Part shown: piece after piece, positions 1-8,911 of the stretch
Layout: each line of letters starts with the position of its first letter
Numbering within the stretch: position 1 is the first letter of the stretch
From: a virus
Lineage: Duplodnaviria > Caudoviricetes
Virus record (IMG/VR): IMGVR_UViG_3300044797_000084
Coordinates: 1-53,201 of that record
Reading direction: 5' to 3' (one strand)
DNA: 53,201 nucleotides
Translations under genes and position numbers: made by a program
The notes under the pieces: model-generated
Seen by the model: the letters and a program-made list of their open reading frames with translations, nothing else
What the model was told of the DNA's origin: nothing
Databases searched by the model: none

Positions 1-77
1 TCCACGTGCTCAGCGCGATGGTTCTGCGCCAACTCGGCGATGCGCCGATCCATCTCGGCGTTGGTGATGACGTTCAT
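1..77 (-). CDS. Hypothetical protein, 5' part only (MNVITNAEMDRRIAELAQ...)
   Basis: ATG at 77 with upstream AGGA; runs off the window. Confidence 0.5.
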   Translation of the reverse strand, partial: MNVITNAEMDRRIAELAQNHRAEHV

Positions 78-179
78 AGCTGGTCCTGTCGCTCACTGCG
101 TCCTGACCATTGGACTAGCCGCTTGCTGAAAAGGTGCTTATTTGCAGGGCTTTTGGGAGCAGTATTCCGATGGCTGTTC

Positions 180-207
180 TAACGCCATAATACCATAAAT
201 GGACCAA
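180..207. other. dif/res-like recombination site 1
   Basis: TAACGCCATAA-TACCAT-AAATGGACCAA; shares the CGCCATAA arm with 24989-25016; AATGGACCA repeated at ~239. Confidence 0.35.
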
Positions 208-270
208 CGAGAGCGCGGGTCGCAGGCCCCGCGAAACTAATGGACCAGCTATAAGAGTTGCGGCCCGACT

Positions 271-1176
271 CTAGTAGCCGAGCCGCTTGAGGATGGCCTC
301 GGGGTAGCTGTGGCCATCGAGAAGTGGGAAGCGATCAGGCTTCGCGCCGCCCGGCTTGTAGCGGAAGATCACGCGGTCCTGGCCCTGACGATAGGAGTTC
401 CACGCCATGATGAAGAAGGCCGAGAGCACGCGCGGCGTGATCGGGCTGATCGTGCGGCGCTCTGCGTCAATCAGGCGATTCCGCAACAGCAGCCTGACGT
501 CACCATCGCCGAGGTCGACGCCCTCTCCCACGCCGAGGAAAAAGGCTTTGGCGTCCTCCGGATCGATGCGCCAACAGAGCAGCCAGAGTAGGGTTGTGGT
601 GGCAGGACTGATCGCGGGCACCTGCGGATACTGCGCTACGGCATCGCGCACGTCGGGGTTGACATGCAGCAGCTTGACGGCCTGGTGGGGCGAGAGGCGC
701 GTCGAAAACTTTGCGGCCGGTTCTCCTGTCTGCTCAAACGCGGCGAGGCGTGTGAGCACGGCGGCGATCCGCGTGTAGTGGGCCTCTCCCCGTGCGCCGA
801 GAATCTCACCAAGTGTGCGAATGGCACCGCGATCACCCGCTGAAACCTCGGGTTCTGGCAGACCTTCCAGGACAACCAGATCCATAGAGACGCCAGACTC
901 CACGATTGCTTCGAGACGATGCTGACCGTTTGGGCCAAGAGTGCCGTCCAGTTCGATCACGATGGCGTCCCAGCCCAGATGGCCCTCGCCGCGTCGAAGG
1001 GCGTCGGCGAGTTCATGCACCTGCCTTGGTTTGATCCCACGCGGATTACGCCTGTCGGCGAGAAGCGCCATTGCTTCCACGGGATGGATGCGCCGCACGG
1101 AGACGCGCAGATCGGGGTAAGCCTCGGCAATCTCAGCCGCGATCACACTGTCAGCCGGGCTCGCTACGGTTGCCAT
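271..1176 (-). CDS. ParB/Srx-like (DGQHR-type) N-terminal domain protein
   Basis: RNPR..ELADALRRG..DG..NGQHRLEAIV motif; AGGAGG RBS. Confidence 0.7.
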   Translation of the reverse strand: MATVASPADSVIAAEIAEAYPDLRVSVRRIHPVEAMALLADRRNPRGIKPRQVHELADALRRGEGHLGWDAIVIELDGTLGPNGQHRLEAIVESGVSMDLVVLEGLPEPEVSAGDRGAIRTLGEILGARGEAHYTRIAAVLTRLAAFEQTGEPAAKFSTRLSPHQAVKLLHVNPDVRDAVAQYPQVPAISPATTTLLWLLCWRIDPEDAKAFFLGVGEGVDLGDGDVRLLLRNRLIDAERRTISPITPRVLSAFFIMAWNSYRQGQDRVIFRYKPGGAKPDRFPLLDGHSYPEAILKRLGY

Positions 1177-1204
1177 CTCGATACCTCCTACATAGGTGTT
1201 GAGC

Positions 1205-1236
1205 GGTGCCCGAGCGTTTTAGGCGCTGCGGGCACC
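1205..1236 (-). terminator. Stem-loop at the end of the early operon
   Basis: GGTGCCCGAGCG...CGCTGCGGGCACC inverted repeat. Confidence 0.45.
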
Positions 1237-1281
1237 TTTACTTCCCCCATCTTCGCCCACGCGGCGGATAGAACCGGCCGC

Positions 1282-1323
1282 TCATTGCGCTGGCTCCAGG
1301 GTGTCGAACAGGGACGGCGTCAC
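1282..1323 (-). CDS. 13-aa micro-ORF MTPSLFDTLEPAQ (copy 1)
   Basis: GTGA overlap with the MTase stop, ATGA overlap with the next ORF; duplicate at 4159-4200. Confidence 0.5.
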   Translation of the reverse strand: MTPSLFDTLEPAQ

Positions 1324-1334
1324 GCGAGGCTCTC
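1288..1334. repeat. 47-bp direct repeat, copy 1
   Basis: cgctggctccagggtgtcgaacagggacRgcgtcaYgcgagSctctc; also at 4165-4211 (3 mismatches). Confidence 0.95.
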
Positions 1335-2282
1335 AATCACCTGCTGCTCGCGTGCGTCGGTCTCCGCGGCCTGCACATTCTTGACCGCCTGCCGGTAGTA
1401 GGACGGCTTGAGCTCCACGCCGATCCCACGCCGGCCCGCACGCACCGCGGCGTAGACCTCCGAGCCGACGCCCATGAAAGGCGTCAGCACGTTCTCGCTT
1501 GGGTTCGACCAGAGGACCAGGCAGCGGTCGATCACGTCGAGCTGGAGCGGGTGGACGTGGCGCTCGTCTTCGTCGTCGCGCGCCTCGCGGAACGGCAGCA
1601 CCCGGTCGATCCGCACGTCATCCCAAAACGCGCTCGCGTACTGGCGCCAGATCCAATGGCTGTAGCGGTTCTCGGTCTGCTTGCCCGTCCAGCCACGGTA
1701 GCGCAGCAGGTCCTCGGGCACCATCCGCTCGCCGGCGTACTCCATCAGGCCCTTGGGGTGCTCGACCGGGACGGGGTTCTCGCCGTGCCTGCGGAAGGCC
1801 AGCAGATAGTCTGCTGAGGCGACCGAGCAGCGCGTGGAGTCCTCCACGATCGTGCGGTGCGCGAGGTCCTTCTTCATCGTGCGGTTGCGGACGGCCAGTG
1901 GCTCCTTCCAAACGTGATACCGAGCCACGTAGTCCCAGCCGCGCTCGCGGTGCAGGCGAATGATGTCGCCGGGGAAGTCCCGCAGTGCGTCGCCACCGCT
2001 GTTGCCGGTCGGCGTGTCCATGCAATGCACGCATGACATTCGACCGGGCATCGTGAGCCGCGCGAGCTCGTCGACCACGAAGCCGTAGTGCTCCATGAAC
2101 TGCTCATAGCTCGCGTTGTTCGACAGGTCCCGTGCGCTGCTCGTGTAGTGGTAGAGCCCGGCGAATGGCGGCGAGTAGACCGACAGGTGGATCGAGCCAT
2201 CGGGCAGCGTGGGCATGACCTCCATGCAATCCCCGAGGTAGAGCGCGTACTGGTCGGTCACGGTCTGCTCGGCTACAGCCAT
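1320..2282 (-). CDS. DNA amino-methyltransferase (N4-C/N6-A, beta class)
   Basis: LGDC...SPPF catalytic motif, H.HP.Q, VLTPFMGVGS SAM motif, GIGVELK..YY. Confidence 0.92.
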   Translation of the reverse strand: MAVAEQTVTDQYALYLGDCMEVMPTLPDGSIHLSVYSPPFAGLYHYTSSARDLSNNASYEQFMEHYGFVVDELARLTMPGRMSCVHCMDTPTGNSGGDALRDFPGDIIRLHRERGWDYVARYHVWKEPLAVRNRTMKKDLAHRTIVEDSTRCSVASADYLLAFRRHGENPVPVEHPKGLMEYAGERMVPEDLLRYRGWTGKQTENRYSHWIWRQYASAFWDDVRIDRVLPFREARDDEDERHVHPLQLDVIDRCLVLWSNPSENVLTPFMGVGSEVYAAVRAGRRGIGVELKPSYYRQAVKNVQAAETDAREQQVIESLA

Positions 2283-3652
2283 GCGGGCACCTCCGCCGCG
2301 GTGTCGTAGCGCTCGGCCGTGTCGATCGCCAGCGCTTCGTTCATGTGCGCCACCAGCGTCTCGAACATCCGGTCGGCCTGCTTGGCCTTGCGTTGCAGGT
2401 TCTTGAGCGCGTTCGCGCCGCCCTCGGTGGTCACGATGTCCACGGTCACGGGCCGCTGCTGCCCGAACCGCCACGACCGGCGCACCGCCTGGTAATACTG
2501 CTCGTAGCTGTGGCTCGGGAAGAACGCCATCCGGTTGCAGTGCTGCCAGTTCAAGCCCCAGGCGCCGATGATCGGCTTCGTGACCAGCACTCGAATCTCG
2601 CCGCGGCCGAAGGCCATCAGCACGTCCTCCTTGCGCTCCACGGAGTCAGAGCCGGATAGCTGCACCGCGCCGTCGATCAGGCTGGTGAGCAGGTCGCCCT
2701 CGTCATTGAGCTGACACCACGCCACGGCCGAGTCGCAGTCGCGCAGCAGCTCGGCGCTCATCTCGCAGCGCTCGGCGATCGTGCGCCGCGACTCCTGGCG
2801 CTCCTCTTGGATGCCCTGCGCCGGCAGGTCAAACAGCGTGTCTTCGCGGGCGGTCCTCGCCGCAATGACGTGCTCGCGGACGTTGAGCACCGGCAGCACG
2901 AAGTCCGCATCGTCGAAGCCGAGGTCCGATGGCCTGCGCATCGCTCGAGCCCATGACGCGACCCACCGCCAGAAGGCGTGCTCGGCGTGGCCCTTGAAGC
3001 GCCACTGGTCGCCACCCTGCGCACGCCAACGACCACCGATGGACTTCGAGGTGCGCTCTTTGTTCGTGAAGAACCGCGAGAGCATGTCCATGTGGCCGAG
3101 GTAGCCCAAGGCCTCCGAGGATGTGCCGAGCTCGATGTAGTCGTTCGGCGCGGCCGTCGCCGTGCATAGCAGCCGGTAGGGCATCTTGCGCATGAAGTCC
3201 GTCACCAGCGCGCGGCGCACCCCATCGAAGGACTTGATCGCGCTGGACTCATCGCAGACCGCGCCGCCAAAGTCCTGCCGCTGGAACAGGTGCAGGCGCT
3301 CGTAGTTCGTGACCGTGATCGGCGCTGCGATCGCCCCGTCGCGGGACACCTGCGCCTCGATGCCGAACTTCGCCGCCTCCGCGCACGTCTGCGCCCCCAC
3401 GGCCAGCGGCGTCACGATCAGCACCGGCCTGTCCGTATGCCGGCGCACGCCATCGGCCCACGCGAGCTGCATCGGCGTCTTGCCGAGCCCACAGTCGGCG
3501 AACAGTGCCGCGCGCCCCTTCCTCGTGGCCCACGCGACCAGCTCTCGCTGGAAGTCGAACAGGAAGTCGGGCAGCGACTCGGGCTCAAACCCATGATCGC
3601 TGCCGTCCTGCGCCTTCTCCCGCAGGAAGCGGTCGTAGACGGCTACGGTCAC
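2273..3652 (-). CDS. SNF2/SF2-type helicase
   Basis: DCGLGKT Walker A, DES, TATAAPND, GLNWQ, QAVRRSWRFGQ; GTG start coupled to the upstream stop. Confidence 0.92.
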   Translation of the reverse strand: MTVAVYDRFLREKAQDGSDHGFEPESLPDFLFDFQRELVAWATRKGRAALFADCGLGKTPMQLAWADGVRRHTDRPVLIVTPLAVGAQTCAEAAKFGIEAQVSRDGAIAAPITVTNYERLHLFQRQDFGGAVCDESSAIKSFDGVRRALVTDFMRKMPYRLLCTATAAPNDYIELGTSSEALGYLGHMDMLSRFFTNKERTSKSIGGRWRAQGGDQWRFKGHAEHAFWRWVASWARAMRRPSDLGFDDADFVLPVLNVREHVIAARTAREDTLFDLPAQGIQEERQESRRTIAERCEMSAELLRDCDSAVAWCQLNDEGDLLTSLIDGAVQLSGSDSVERKEDVLMAFGRGEIRVLVTKPIIGAWGLNWQHCNRMAFFPSHSYEQYYQAVRRSWRFGQQRPVTVDIVTTEGGANALKNLQRKAKQADRMFETLVAHMNEALAIDTAERYDTAAEVPAWL

Positions 3653-3984
3653 GACGGCACCGGCTCGACGGTAGTCGTCCCGCAGATAGCGCACCGCAGG
3701 CTCCGCAGGTCTTCGCGCGAGCCGACGGCAAAGCGGTGGGAGTGAGCGCACGTGAAGATGCGGAAGCTCGACTCGGCTGGGGCACGAACCACACGCAGGA
3801 CGTGGCCGCCGGGGCGCATGTACGGTGAGCACCATCCTTCCGCTTTCCACCGGAGCCATTCCACCGGGTCTCCCTGCTCAACGTTCTCAATGCTCACGAA
3901 CTGGCCAAGCAACGGCTCGAACACGCGGTCACCCTCGCGCACCTCGTCGGCGCGCACGACCTCGACAAGTAGACGCTCAGCCAT
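3649..3984 (-). CDS. Hypothetical protein with C-terminal Zn ribbon
   Basis: CxxxH...CxxC; part of the coupled operon. Confidence 0.65.
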   Translation of the reverse strand: MAERLLVEVVRADEVREGDRVFEPLLGQFVSIENVEQGDPVEWLRWKAEGWCSPYMRPGGHVLRVVRAPAESSFRIFTCAHSHRFAVGSREDLRSLRCAICGTTTVEPVPS

Positions 3985-4162
3985 CGTGGCCTGGGCCTTT
4001 CAGGGCCGGTTGCGTCTCCCCGTCGGCGAGCCGTTCCCGCTCGCCGCACACGCAGACGCAGCGATCCTCGCCGCTCGGGAACCAGTGCATGCTTGCCTTA
4101 CCGATCATCTTGCAGGCAGGCGGCTCGCCTTTGCGGCCAAGCAGGCTCTCCATCGCGCTCAC
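3977..4162 (-). CDS. Small Cys-rich hypothetical protein
   Basis: GTG start overlapping the micro-ORF stop; C...H...CVCVCG. Confidence 0.55.
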   Translation of the reverse strand: MSAMESLLGRKGEPPACKMIGKASMHWFPSGEDRCVCVCGERERLADGETQPALKGPGHDG

Positions 4163-4200
4163 GTCGCTGGCTCCAGGGTGTCGAACAGGGACAGCGTCAT
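4159..4200 (-). CDS. 13-aa micro-ORF MTLSLFDTLEPAT (copy 2)
   Basis: ATGA overlap upstream, GTGA overlap downstream. Confidence 0.5.
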   Translation of the reverse strand: MTLSLFDTLEPAT

Positions 4201-4211
4201 GCGAGCCTCTC
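4165..4211. repeat. 47-bp direct repeat, copy 2
   Basis: Near-identical to 1288-1334. Confidence 0.95.
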
Positions 4212-4760
4212 GTACGCCAGTAGCTCATCAAGTCGCGCCTCGGCCTCAGCGCGGGTGATGTCGCGTCCCTCGTACTTCGCTGCGTAGTGTCCAGCTGCGT
4301 AGACCTTGAACCAGTCGGAGTGCTCGAAGGGATAGAGCTGCTCCATGTTGACCTTCCCTTGAATCTCAAGATGGCATCGCTGGCAAAGGGCCACGAGCTG
4401 ATGCCAGCGGCAGTCGAACTTGCGCGTCGGGCCGCCGAGGTGGTGGACGGTGAGGATGCGCCACTGGGCCTCGCGCGTCCAGAGACCGTGGACGAAGACA
4501 TGCACGTGCCAGTTGGGTTGCCCGTTCGCGATTGACGCGACCAGCGCGCCGTCCTCGTTGCGGACGCGCATCGGTCCTTCGTGCTTGCACCGCTTGTCGC
4601 ACGCTGACCACTCGCCGTCGCCGGACGCGTACGGATGCAGGCAGCGGACGCAGCGGTCACCGGCGAGCACCCGAGCTTCATGCTTGATTCGCTCATGCCA
4701 CTCCGGCGGGTAGCCGTCGGGGCCGACCTCGTCCGGCTCGTACAGGCGAAACACGCTCAC
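4197..4760 (-). CDS. HNH-like nuclease domain protein
   Basis: YPPEW..I..RCVRC...LTVHHL...LVALCQRCHL. Confidence 0.75.
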   Translation of the reverse strand: MSVFRLYEPDEVGPDGYPPEWHERIKHEARVLAGDRCVRCLHPYASGDGEWSACDKRCKHEGPMRVRNEDGALVASIANGQPNWHVHVFVHGLWTREAQWRILTVHHLGGPTRKFDCRWHQLVALCQRCHLEIQGKVNMEQLYPFEHSDWFKVYAAGHYAAKYEGRDITRAEAEARLDELLAYERLA

Positions 4761-4918
4761 GCTGCTTGCTCCCTAGCCAGCGCGTGACGAATGAGCTTGA
4801 CCGCTCCCATGCTGCCTGCCCTAAGTGCGCGAGCGAGACAGTCCGCTAGGCCGTGGCCGTCAGCACGGTTCCAGCCGCAGTAGGCGCATCGCACGAGCCG
4901 AGGGGGATCAGGTTTCAC
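4757..4918 (-). CDS. Small Zn-finger hypothetical protein
   Basis: CAYCG..H...C; coupled overlaps at both ends. Confidence 0.55.
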   Translation of the reverse strand: MKPDPPRLVRCAYCGWNRADGHGLADCLARALRAGSMGAVKLIRHALAREQAA

Positions 4919-5349
4919 GCCGCACGCTCCCCGTAGGTCTTGTCCAACCAATAGACAAGCCCGTTCTCAGCAGCCCACAGCTCTGTCTCTGCCGGGATTG
5001 CCTCACGGGGTATCCGCAACGTCTTGGCCTGGTCGAGCTGGCCATGGTGAGCATGGCAGGCCCAGCGACAGACGGCGTTGCACCACACCACTCGCTCGTC
5101 GCGGCTGACCTCCTTGCGGATGACTTGTGCCCGGATCAGGTGCGCGAGTTCGAGCCGGCCAGCACATGGCGAGTCGCTGAACTGCGCGAGGAAGCAGGTC
5201 GGCGTCTCACCAGGCAGGAACCCGTAGGTGTAGAGCGCAGGACGCTCACGCTCGCGTCGGCCCTTGGGTTGGCGCTCGGGTTTGGGCACCGGAAGGACGC
5301 CGCTCTTGGCCTGATGGGAGAGCGTCCGGCTCAACAGTTCGCCTCGCAT
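4915..5349 (-). CDS. HNH-like/Zn-binding protein
   Basis: C..C.G.LELAHLI...ACHAHHGQLD; start uncertain (5349 or 5334). Confidence 0.6.
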   Translation of the reverse strand: MRGELLSRTLSHQAKSGVLPVPKPERQPKGRRERERPALYTYGFLPGETPTCFLAQFSDSPCAGRLELAHLIRAQVIRKEVSRDERVVWCNAVCRWACHAHHGQLDQAKTLRIPREAIPAETELWAAENGLVYWLDKTYGERAA

Positions 5350-5606
5350 TCGAAGTCGGCTGGACACTCTGCCTTCCCGAAGCCCACCCGCCGGAACGCA
5401 TACTCCGCTTCGTGGGCTTCGATGCCGCATTTGCGACATGTCTCCGCAGCACCAAACCACTCGCCTACACGCAGCCACTTCGAGAGCGGCAGTCGCAGCT
5501 TGCGTCCGATCCACCACGGGATTTCGCTCTCGCGTTCGACATCCCAGCCAAAGCCACGCTTGAGCCATCGCTTGGCCTTGGCGGCTGCGGAGTCAGTCGG
5601 CGTCAT
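5331..5606 (-). CDS. Hypothetical protein (CxxC)
   Basis: ORF in the coupled chain. Confidence 0.55.
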   Translation of the reverse strand: MTPTDSAAAKAKRWLKRGFGWDVERESEIPWWIGRKLRLPLSKWLRVGEWFGAAETCRKCGIEAHEAEYAFRRVGFGKAECPADFECEANC

Positions 5607-5776
5607 CGCGCTCTCGCTATGTCGAGAAGCAGCCGCTGCCCCGCGCCAATCGCCTTACGTGTGGCTGGGCGCTCCGCAACCAACGCCTGGACGACGGTCT
5701 CGGCGCGGTCTGCCTGCACCATGAGCTGGCCCGCGATCCACATTGGCTCGTCAAGCTCCTTGATTTCGACGCTCAT
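5603..5776 (-). CDS. 57-aa hypothetical protein (MSVEIKELDEPMW...)
   Basis: Below the ORF-track cutoff; ATGA overlaps at both ends. Confidence 0.6.
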   Translation of the reverse strand: MSVEIKELDEPMWIAGQLMVQADRAETVVQALVAERPATRKAIGAGQRLLLDIARAR

Positions 5777-6087
5777 GCGAACAGCACCCGCTCACCACAT
5801 TCGATGCAGGTGCGGACCTGCAGGAGCAGCGGCGCGCCCGTCCGCTGCCATGCGTCATATGCCGGCGCACCTTCGGGCGGGATCATCGTGTAGTGGACGT
5901 GAACCTCGGGATCGTCGAGAGCCGCGATGACCTCCGGCGCCTGCTCGATCGTGTCGTCGGAGAGCTTGACGCCGGTCACGTGCCTCGTGCGGGCAGCGTG
6001 CGCGAGGTCGAGCATCGCCTTGCAGTCCTCATGACGGACCGCGACGACGCGCTTCTCGTGCTCCGTGGGTGGACGCCCGGCGCTCAA
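5773..6087 (-). CDS. Hypothetical protein, C-terminal CxxC
   Basis: Coupled ORF. Confidence 0.6.
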   Translation of the reverse strand: MSAGRPPTEHEKRVVAVRHEDCKAMLDLAHAARTRHVTGVKLSDDTIEQAPEVIAALDDPEVHVHYTMIPPEGAPAYDAWQRTGAPLLLQVRTCIECGERVLFA

Positions 6088-6130
6088 CAGCCCAGCTCCC
6101 GGGCCTTGGCTTCGTGAGAGGGGGAGACGG

Positions 6131-6346
6131 TCACGGACAGCATGCCATTAGAAGCTCGCGGGCGTGCTCTATCTCCAAAGCCGTGTTGTACTGGTCCTCA
6201 AGCAATTGGTCGTACTCGCGCTGCTGCCGCGTCTCGGCTGCCCGGCGTTCGTACTCCCGGTCCTCCATGTCACGCTCGTAGTCACGCTCGCGCCTCAGTC
6301 GTTCATCGCGCATCCGATCACCCGTCCACTCGCTCCCCGCGCTCAC
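6131..6346 (-). CDS. Charged coiled-coil hypothetical protein
   Basis: R/E/D-rich; coupled ORF. Confidence 0.6.
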   Translation of the reverse strand: MSAGSEWTGDRMRDERLRRERDYERDMEDREYERRAAETRQQREYDQLLEDQYNTALEIEHARELLMACCP

Positions 6347-6633
6347 GCCCGTGCCTGCCTCTCGGGCTTCGGTGTCCAGCCTGTGATGACCCGGTAGTGG
6401 CTGTTGTGGCCGTCGTCGTCATCGACTGTCGCGCCCCACTCGGCGAGAGCGGCTTGGACGACCTTGCGCGCTTTGAGCCGCCATGCTTTGCCGATGACCG
6501 GGTGGTCTTGAATCGCCTCCCACGGCACCACATCCTCGCCGCGATCGAAGCGCTGCGCGTGCTGCCTATCAACCTCGTACATGGCCCTCGCTGCCGCCTC
6601 AACCACGTTCTCAGGTATGGCGAGCCCGCTCAC
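6343..6633 (-). CDS. Hypothetical phage protein
   Basis: VEAAARAMYE..W motif common in small phage genes. Confidence 0.65.
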   Translation of the reverse strand: MSGLAIPENVVEAAARAMYEVDRQHAQRFDRGEDVVPWEAIQDHPVIGKAWRLKARKVVQAALAEWGATVDDDDGHNSHYRVITGWTPKPERQARA

Positions 6634-7571
6634 GTCCTCACCGCCCGGTTACGCGCCCCGCAAGCGCGGTCAGCCTTGCGTTGGGCGGCCATCGCCGCAT
6701 TGACCCTTTCGCGTGCGTGAAAGACGTGCACGAGTGCGGCGCAGTCCTCGGCTGTCGCGGCGCAGTCCTCGATCTCGACGTTCCCGCCGTCATCTATTGC
6801 GACGATCACGATCCGGCCGGGCGGCTCAATCGAGCACGGCTCGAACGCCTCGGCGTACAGTCTCGTTTGCCAATGGGCCTGCTCGAAGATGCGCCCCTTG
6901 GCTGATGTCTTCCAGTCGATGAGCGTGCGCTGGCCGCGCGACCAGCACAGCAGGTCCGGGCGTCCCGCGTAGCCCAGCGCCGGGTTACAGACCGTGAACT
7001 CCACGAACCGCTCACGGTCGTAGGGGTCGATCGGCTCCGGGCGCAGCTTCAACCACGCCTTTGCACAGCCCTGCACCCACGGCGCCCAGGCCTCTGGGTA
7101 GTCCGAGAACCGCGGCGGCTGGCCCGTCACGGCGAGCGTTTGGAACGCCTGATGGATCGCCTTCCCACGTTCGCTGGCCTCATCGCGCACGGCCGCTGCG
7201 CCAAGGCCAAGCGAGCGGATCCGCTTCACGACCTGGTCGAGCGCAACGCCATCAAGCTCACCAGCCATCATCGCTTGCACCGCGCCGCGCGCCCCGTGGT
7301 CTTCATGCCAGTAGTACAGCGCCTCCTTGGAGAGCAGGCCGACGATCGAGGACACCGAGTCCAGTTCCTCACCGTCCAGTAGGTAACGCCGACGGCGCGT
7401 CTTCGCGGGCTCGCCCCGCAGGGTCAGCCATGCTCCAGCGGGTAGGTCTTCAAAACGCAGCAGCCCGACGCCCGGGATCTCCCGCTCGAGCACGTCGCCA
7501 TCGACTACCAGCGTCTGCTCCATCGCACATGGGACGAGCGACAGGTCCTCGACGGCCAGGTCGGGGGTCAC
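6630..7571 (-). CDS. PD-(D/E)XK exonuclease (RecB/Cas4-like superfamily)
   Basis: SVSSIV, RGKAIH, YAGRPDLL...LIDWKTS...QTRLYA. Confidence 0.85.
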   Translation of the reverse strand: MTPDLAVEDLSLVPCAMEQTLVVDGDVLEREIPGVGLLRFEDLPAGAWLTLRGEPAKTRRRRYLLDGEELDSVSSIVGLLSKEALYYWHEDHGARGAVQAMMAGELDGVALDQVVKRIRSLGLGAAAVRDEASERGKAIHQAFQTLAVTGQPPRFSDYPEAWAPWVQGCAKAWLKLRPEPIDPYDRERFVEFTVCNPALGYAGRPDLLCWSRGQRTLIDWKTSAKGRIFEQAHWQTRLYAEAFEPCSIEPPGRIVIVAIDDGGNVEIEDCAATAEDCAALVHVFHARERVNAAMAAQRKADRACGARNRAVRT

Positions 7572-7774
7572 AGAACTTCGCCTTTCGCACGATGCCAGAT
7601 GTAATGAACGTCGAGCGGTGAGACATCCTCCCGAGGGTCGAGCAGCAGCGCGGCGCCACAAACGCGGCACGTCGTCAACCCAATGCGCGCGCCCTCGACC
7701 GGGACGGCTGTCGGCGCATCATGCGGGAGGGCATGGGAGACGCCGACGGTGACTCGGTGTCCCACATTAGCCAT
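7568..7774 (-). CDS. Small Zn-finger (CxxC..H..WH) protein
   Basis: CRVCGA...HYIWH. Confidence 0.6.
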   Translation of the reverse strand: MANVGHRVTVGVSHALPHDAPTAVPVEGARIGLTTCRVCGAALLLDPREDVSPLDVHYIWHRAKGEVL

Positions 7775-8028
7775 TAGTCCCGCACCGCGTACTCGTAATC
7801 CTCGACCGCCTCGGCCGAGACGCCCCGTTCATCCGACCACTCCACCAGCGGCAGATCGAGCGAGGGGTCATACCCGACGACCACGCCTCGTGCCCAGCGA
7901 CGCTGGCCATCCTTGCCGCACACACTGCGCACGCGGGATTCGACTCGCGTGCCGACCGCTACCCGACGGCGCATCCCCGAGACCGCTGCCAGCTTCTGCG
8001 TCTCGTCGGGTGACTGGATGGCGCTCAC
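7774..8028 (-). CDS. Hypothetical protein (SH3/KOW-like)
   Basis: VGTRV...GVVVG...VEW pattern; coupled. Confidence 0.5.
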   Translation of the reverse strand: MSAIQSPDETQKLAAVSGMRRRVAVGTRVESRVRSVCGKDGQRRWARGVVVGYDPSLDLPLVEWSDERGVSAEAVEDYEYAVRD

Positions 8029-8420
8029 CCTGAGCACCTGCCCGGGCAGCCCGTGTCATCGCACTCGGGGCCGTTGTCCTCGGACTCAAGCGGGCCACCG
8101 CAGACGGTGCAAAGTCGAAGCTGTCGGCGAATCGCGTCGGCAAGTCCACGCCCTTCCGCGCCGCTCGCCGCGTGCGTGGACTGCGTCGAATCGAGGATGA
8201 CCAGCGCGCGCCGCCATTCCTCGCCGTGAAGCGTGACGCTTTGCTCGCCCGCAGTCGCCGGGGAAAGCTCGGCGAGCACCGTCCGCAAGTCCTCGGGGCT
8301 GAGGCGCAGGCCGAAGAGCGCGTTGGAGATCGCGATCTTGCCCTCCGAGTCAAGCCAAGCCTGCAAGCTCACCGGGCCGTCCTTGATCCTGAGCCGTCGC
8401 CCCGTCTCGTGAACGCTCAC
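8025..8420 (-). CDS. Hypothetical protein, C-terminal Zn ribbon
   Basis: CTVCG...C...C. Confidence 0.6.
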   Translation of the reverse strand: MSVHETGRRLRIKDGPVSLQAWLDSEGKIAISNALFGLRLSPEDLRTVLAELSPATAGEQSVTLHGEEWRRALVILDSTQSTHAASGAEGRGLADAIRRQLRLCTVCGGPLESEDNGPECDDTGCPGRCSG

Positions 8421-8911
8421 CGTCCCACCCCCGCCATGTACCCAGCGAGCGCCTCCCGAAACGCGGGCAGGCTGGCCTGGGTCAGTTGGTCGATCGAATC
8501 CACGCCTGCGGCTACGGAGAGCATCGCTACTGCGTTGTCGTCGAGACCAGCGGTTTCGGCGACGAGGTCAGTGAGCTGCCCGTTAGTGAGCGGAGCGAAG
8601 CCCGAGTGCTCATTGGCGCCCCGGATCCCGGCCGCTTTCGCTGGCCGCTTCCGTCTCGCTGGGGCGGCTGACGCCAGCCAGTCCCAGGCTGCCACATGCG
8701 ACCCGACAACCTCGGGGGCCGAGCTTGCTCGCCAGCCTCGTTTGCTCAGTCGGAAGGTCGGGTGGTTGTCGTTGCCGCTGACGGCCCGCTCGAATTCCCG
8801 CCGGTTCACCGTGCCGTAAAGCCAGAGGCCCGACACGAGCACGCCGATCTTCCCGCGTGCCCCGACGCGTTGCCGAGGAGCACGGCCGTTCGCTGAGGCT
8901 GGGGCGCTCAC
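8417..8911 (-). CDS. Hypothetical protein
   Basis: GTG coupled to the upstream stop. Confidence 0.55.
   Translation of the reverse strand: MSAPASANGRAPRQRVGARGKIGVLVSGLWLYGTVNRREFERAVSGNDNHPTFRLSKRGWRASSAPEVVGSHVAAWDWLASAAPARRKRPAKAAGIRGANEHSGFAPLTNGQLTDLVAETAGLDDNAVAMLSVAAGVDSIDQLTQASLPAFREALAGYMAGVGR

Noticed and set aside
1320-3652. Restriction-modification or DISARM-like defence system
   Set aside because: No cognate restriction subunit or drm genes; an SNF2 helicase plus orphan MTase pair is common in phage early regions
6630-7571. CRISPR-associated Cas4
   Set aside because: No Fe-S cysteine set, no other cas genes and no repeat-spacer array; this is an ordinary phage exonuclease
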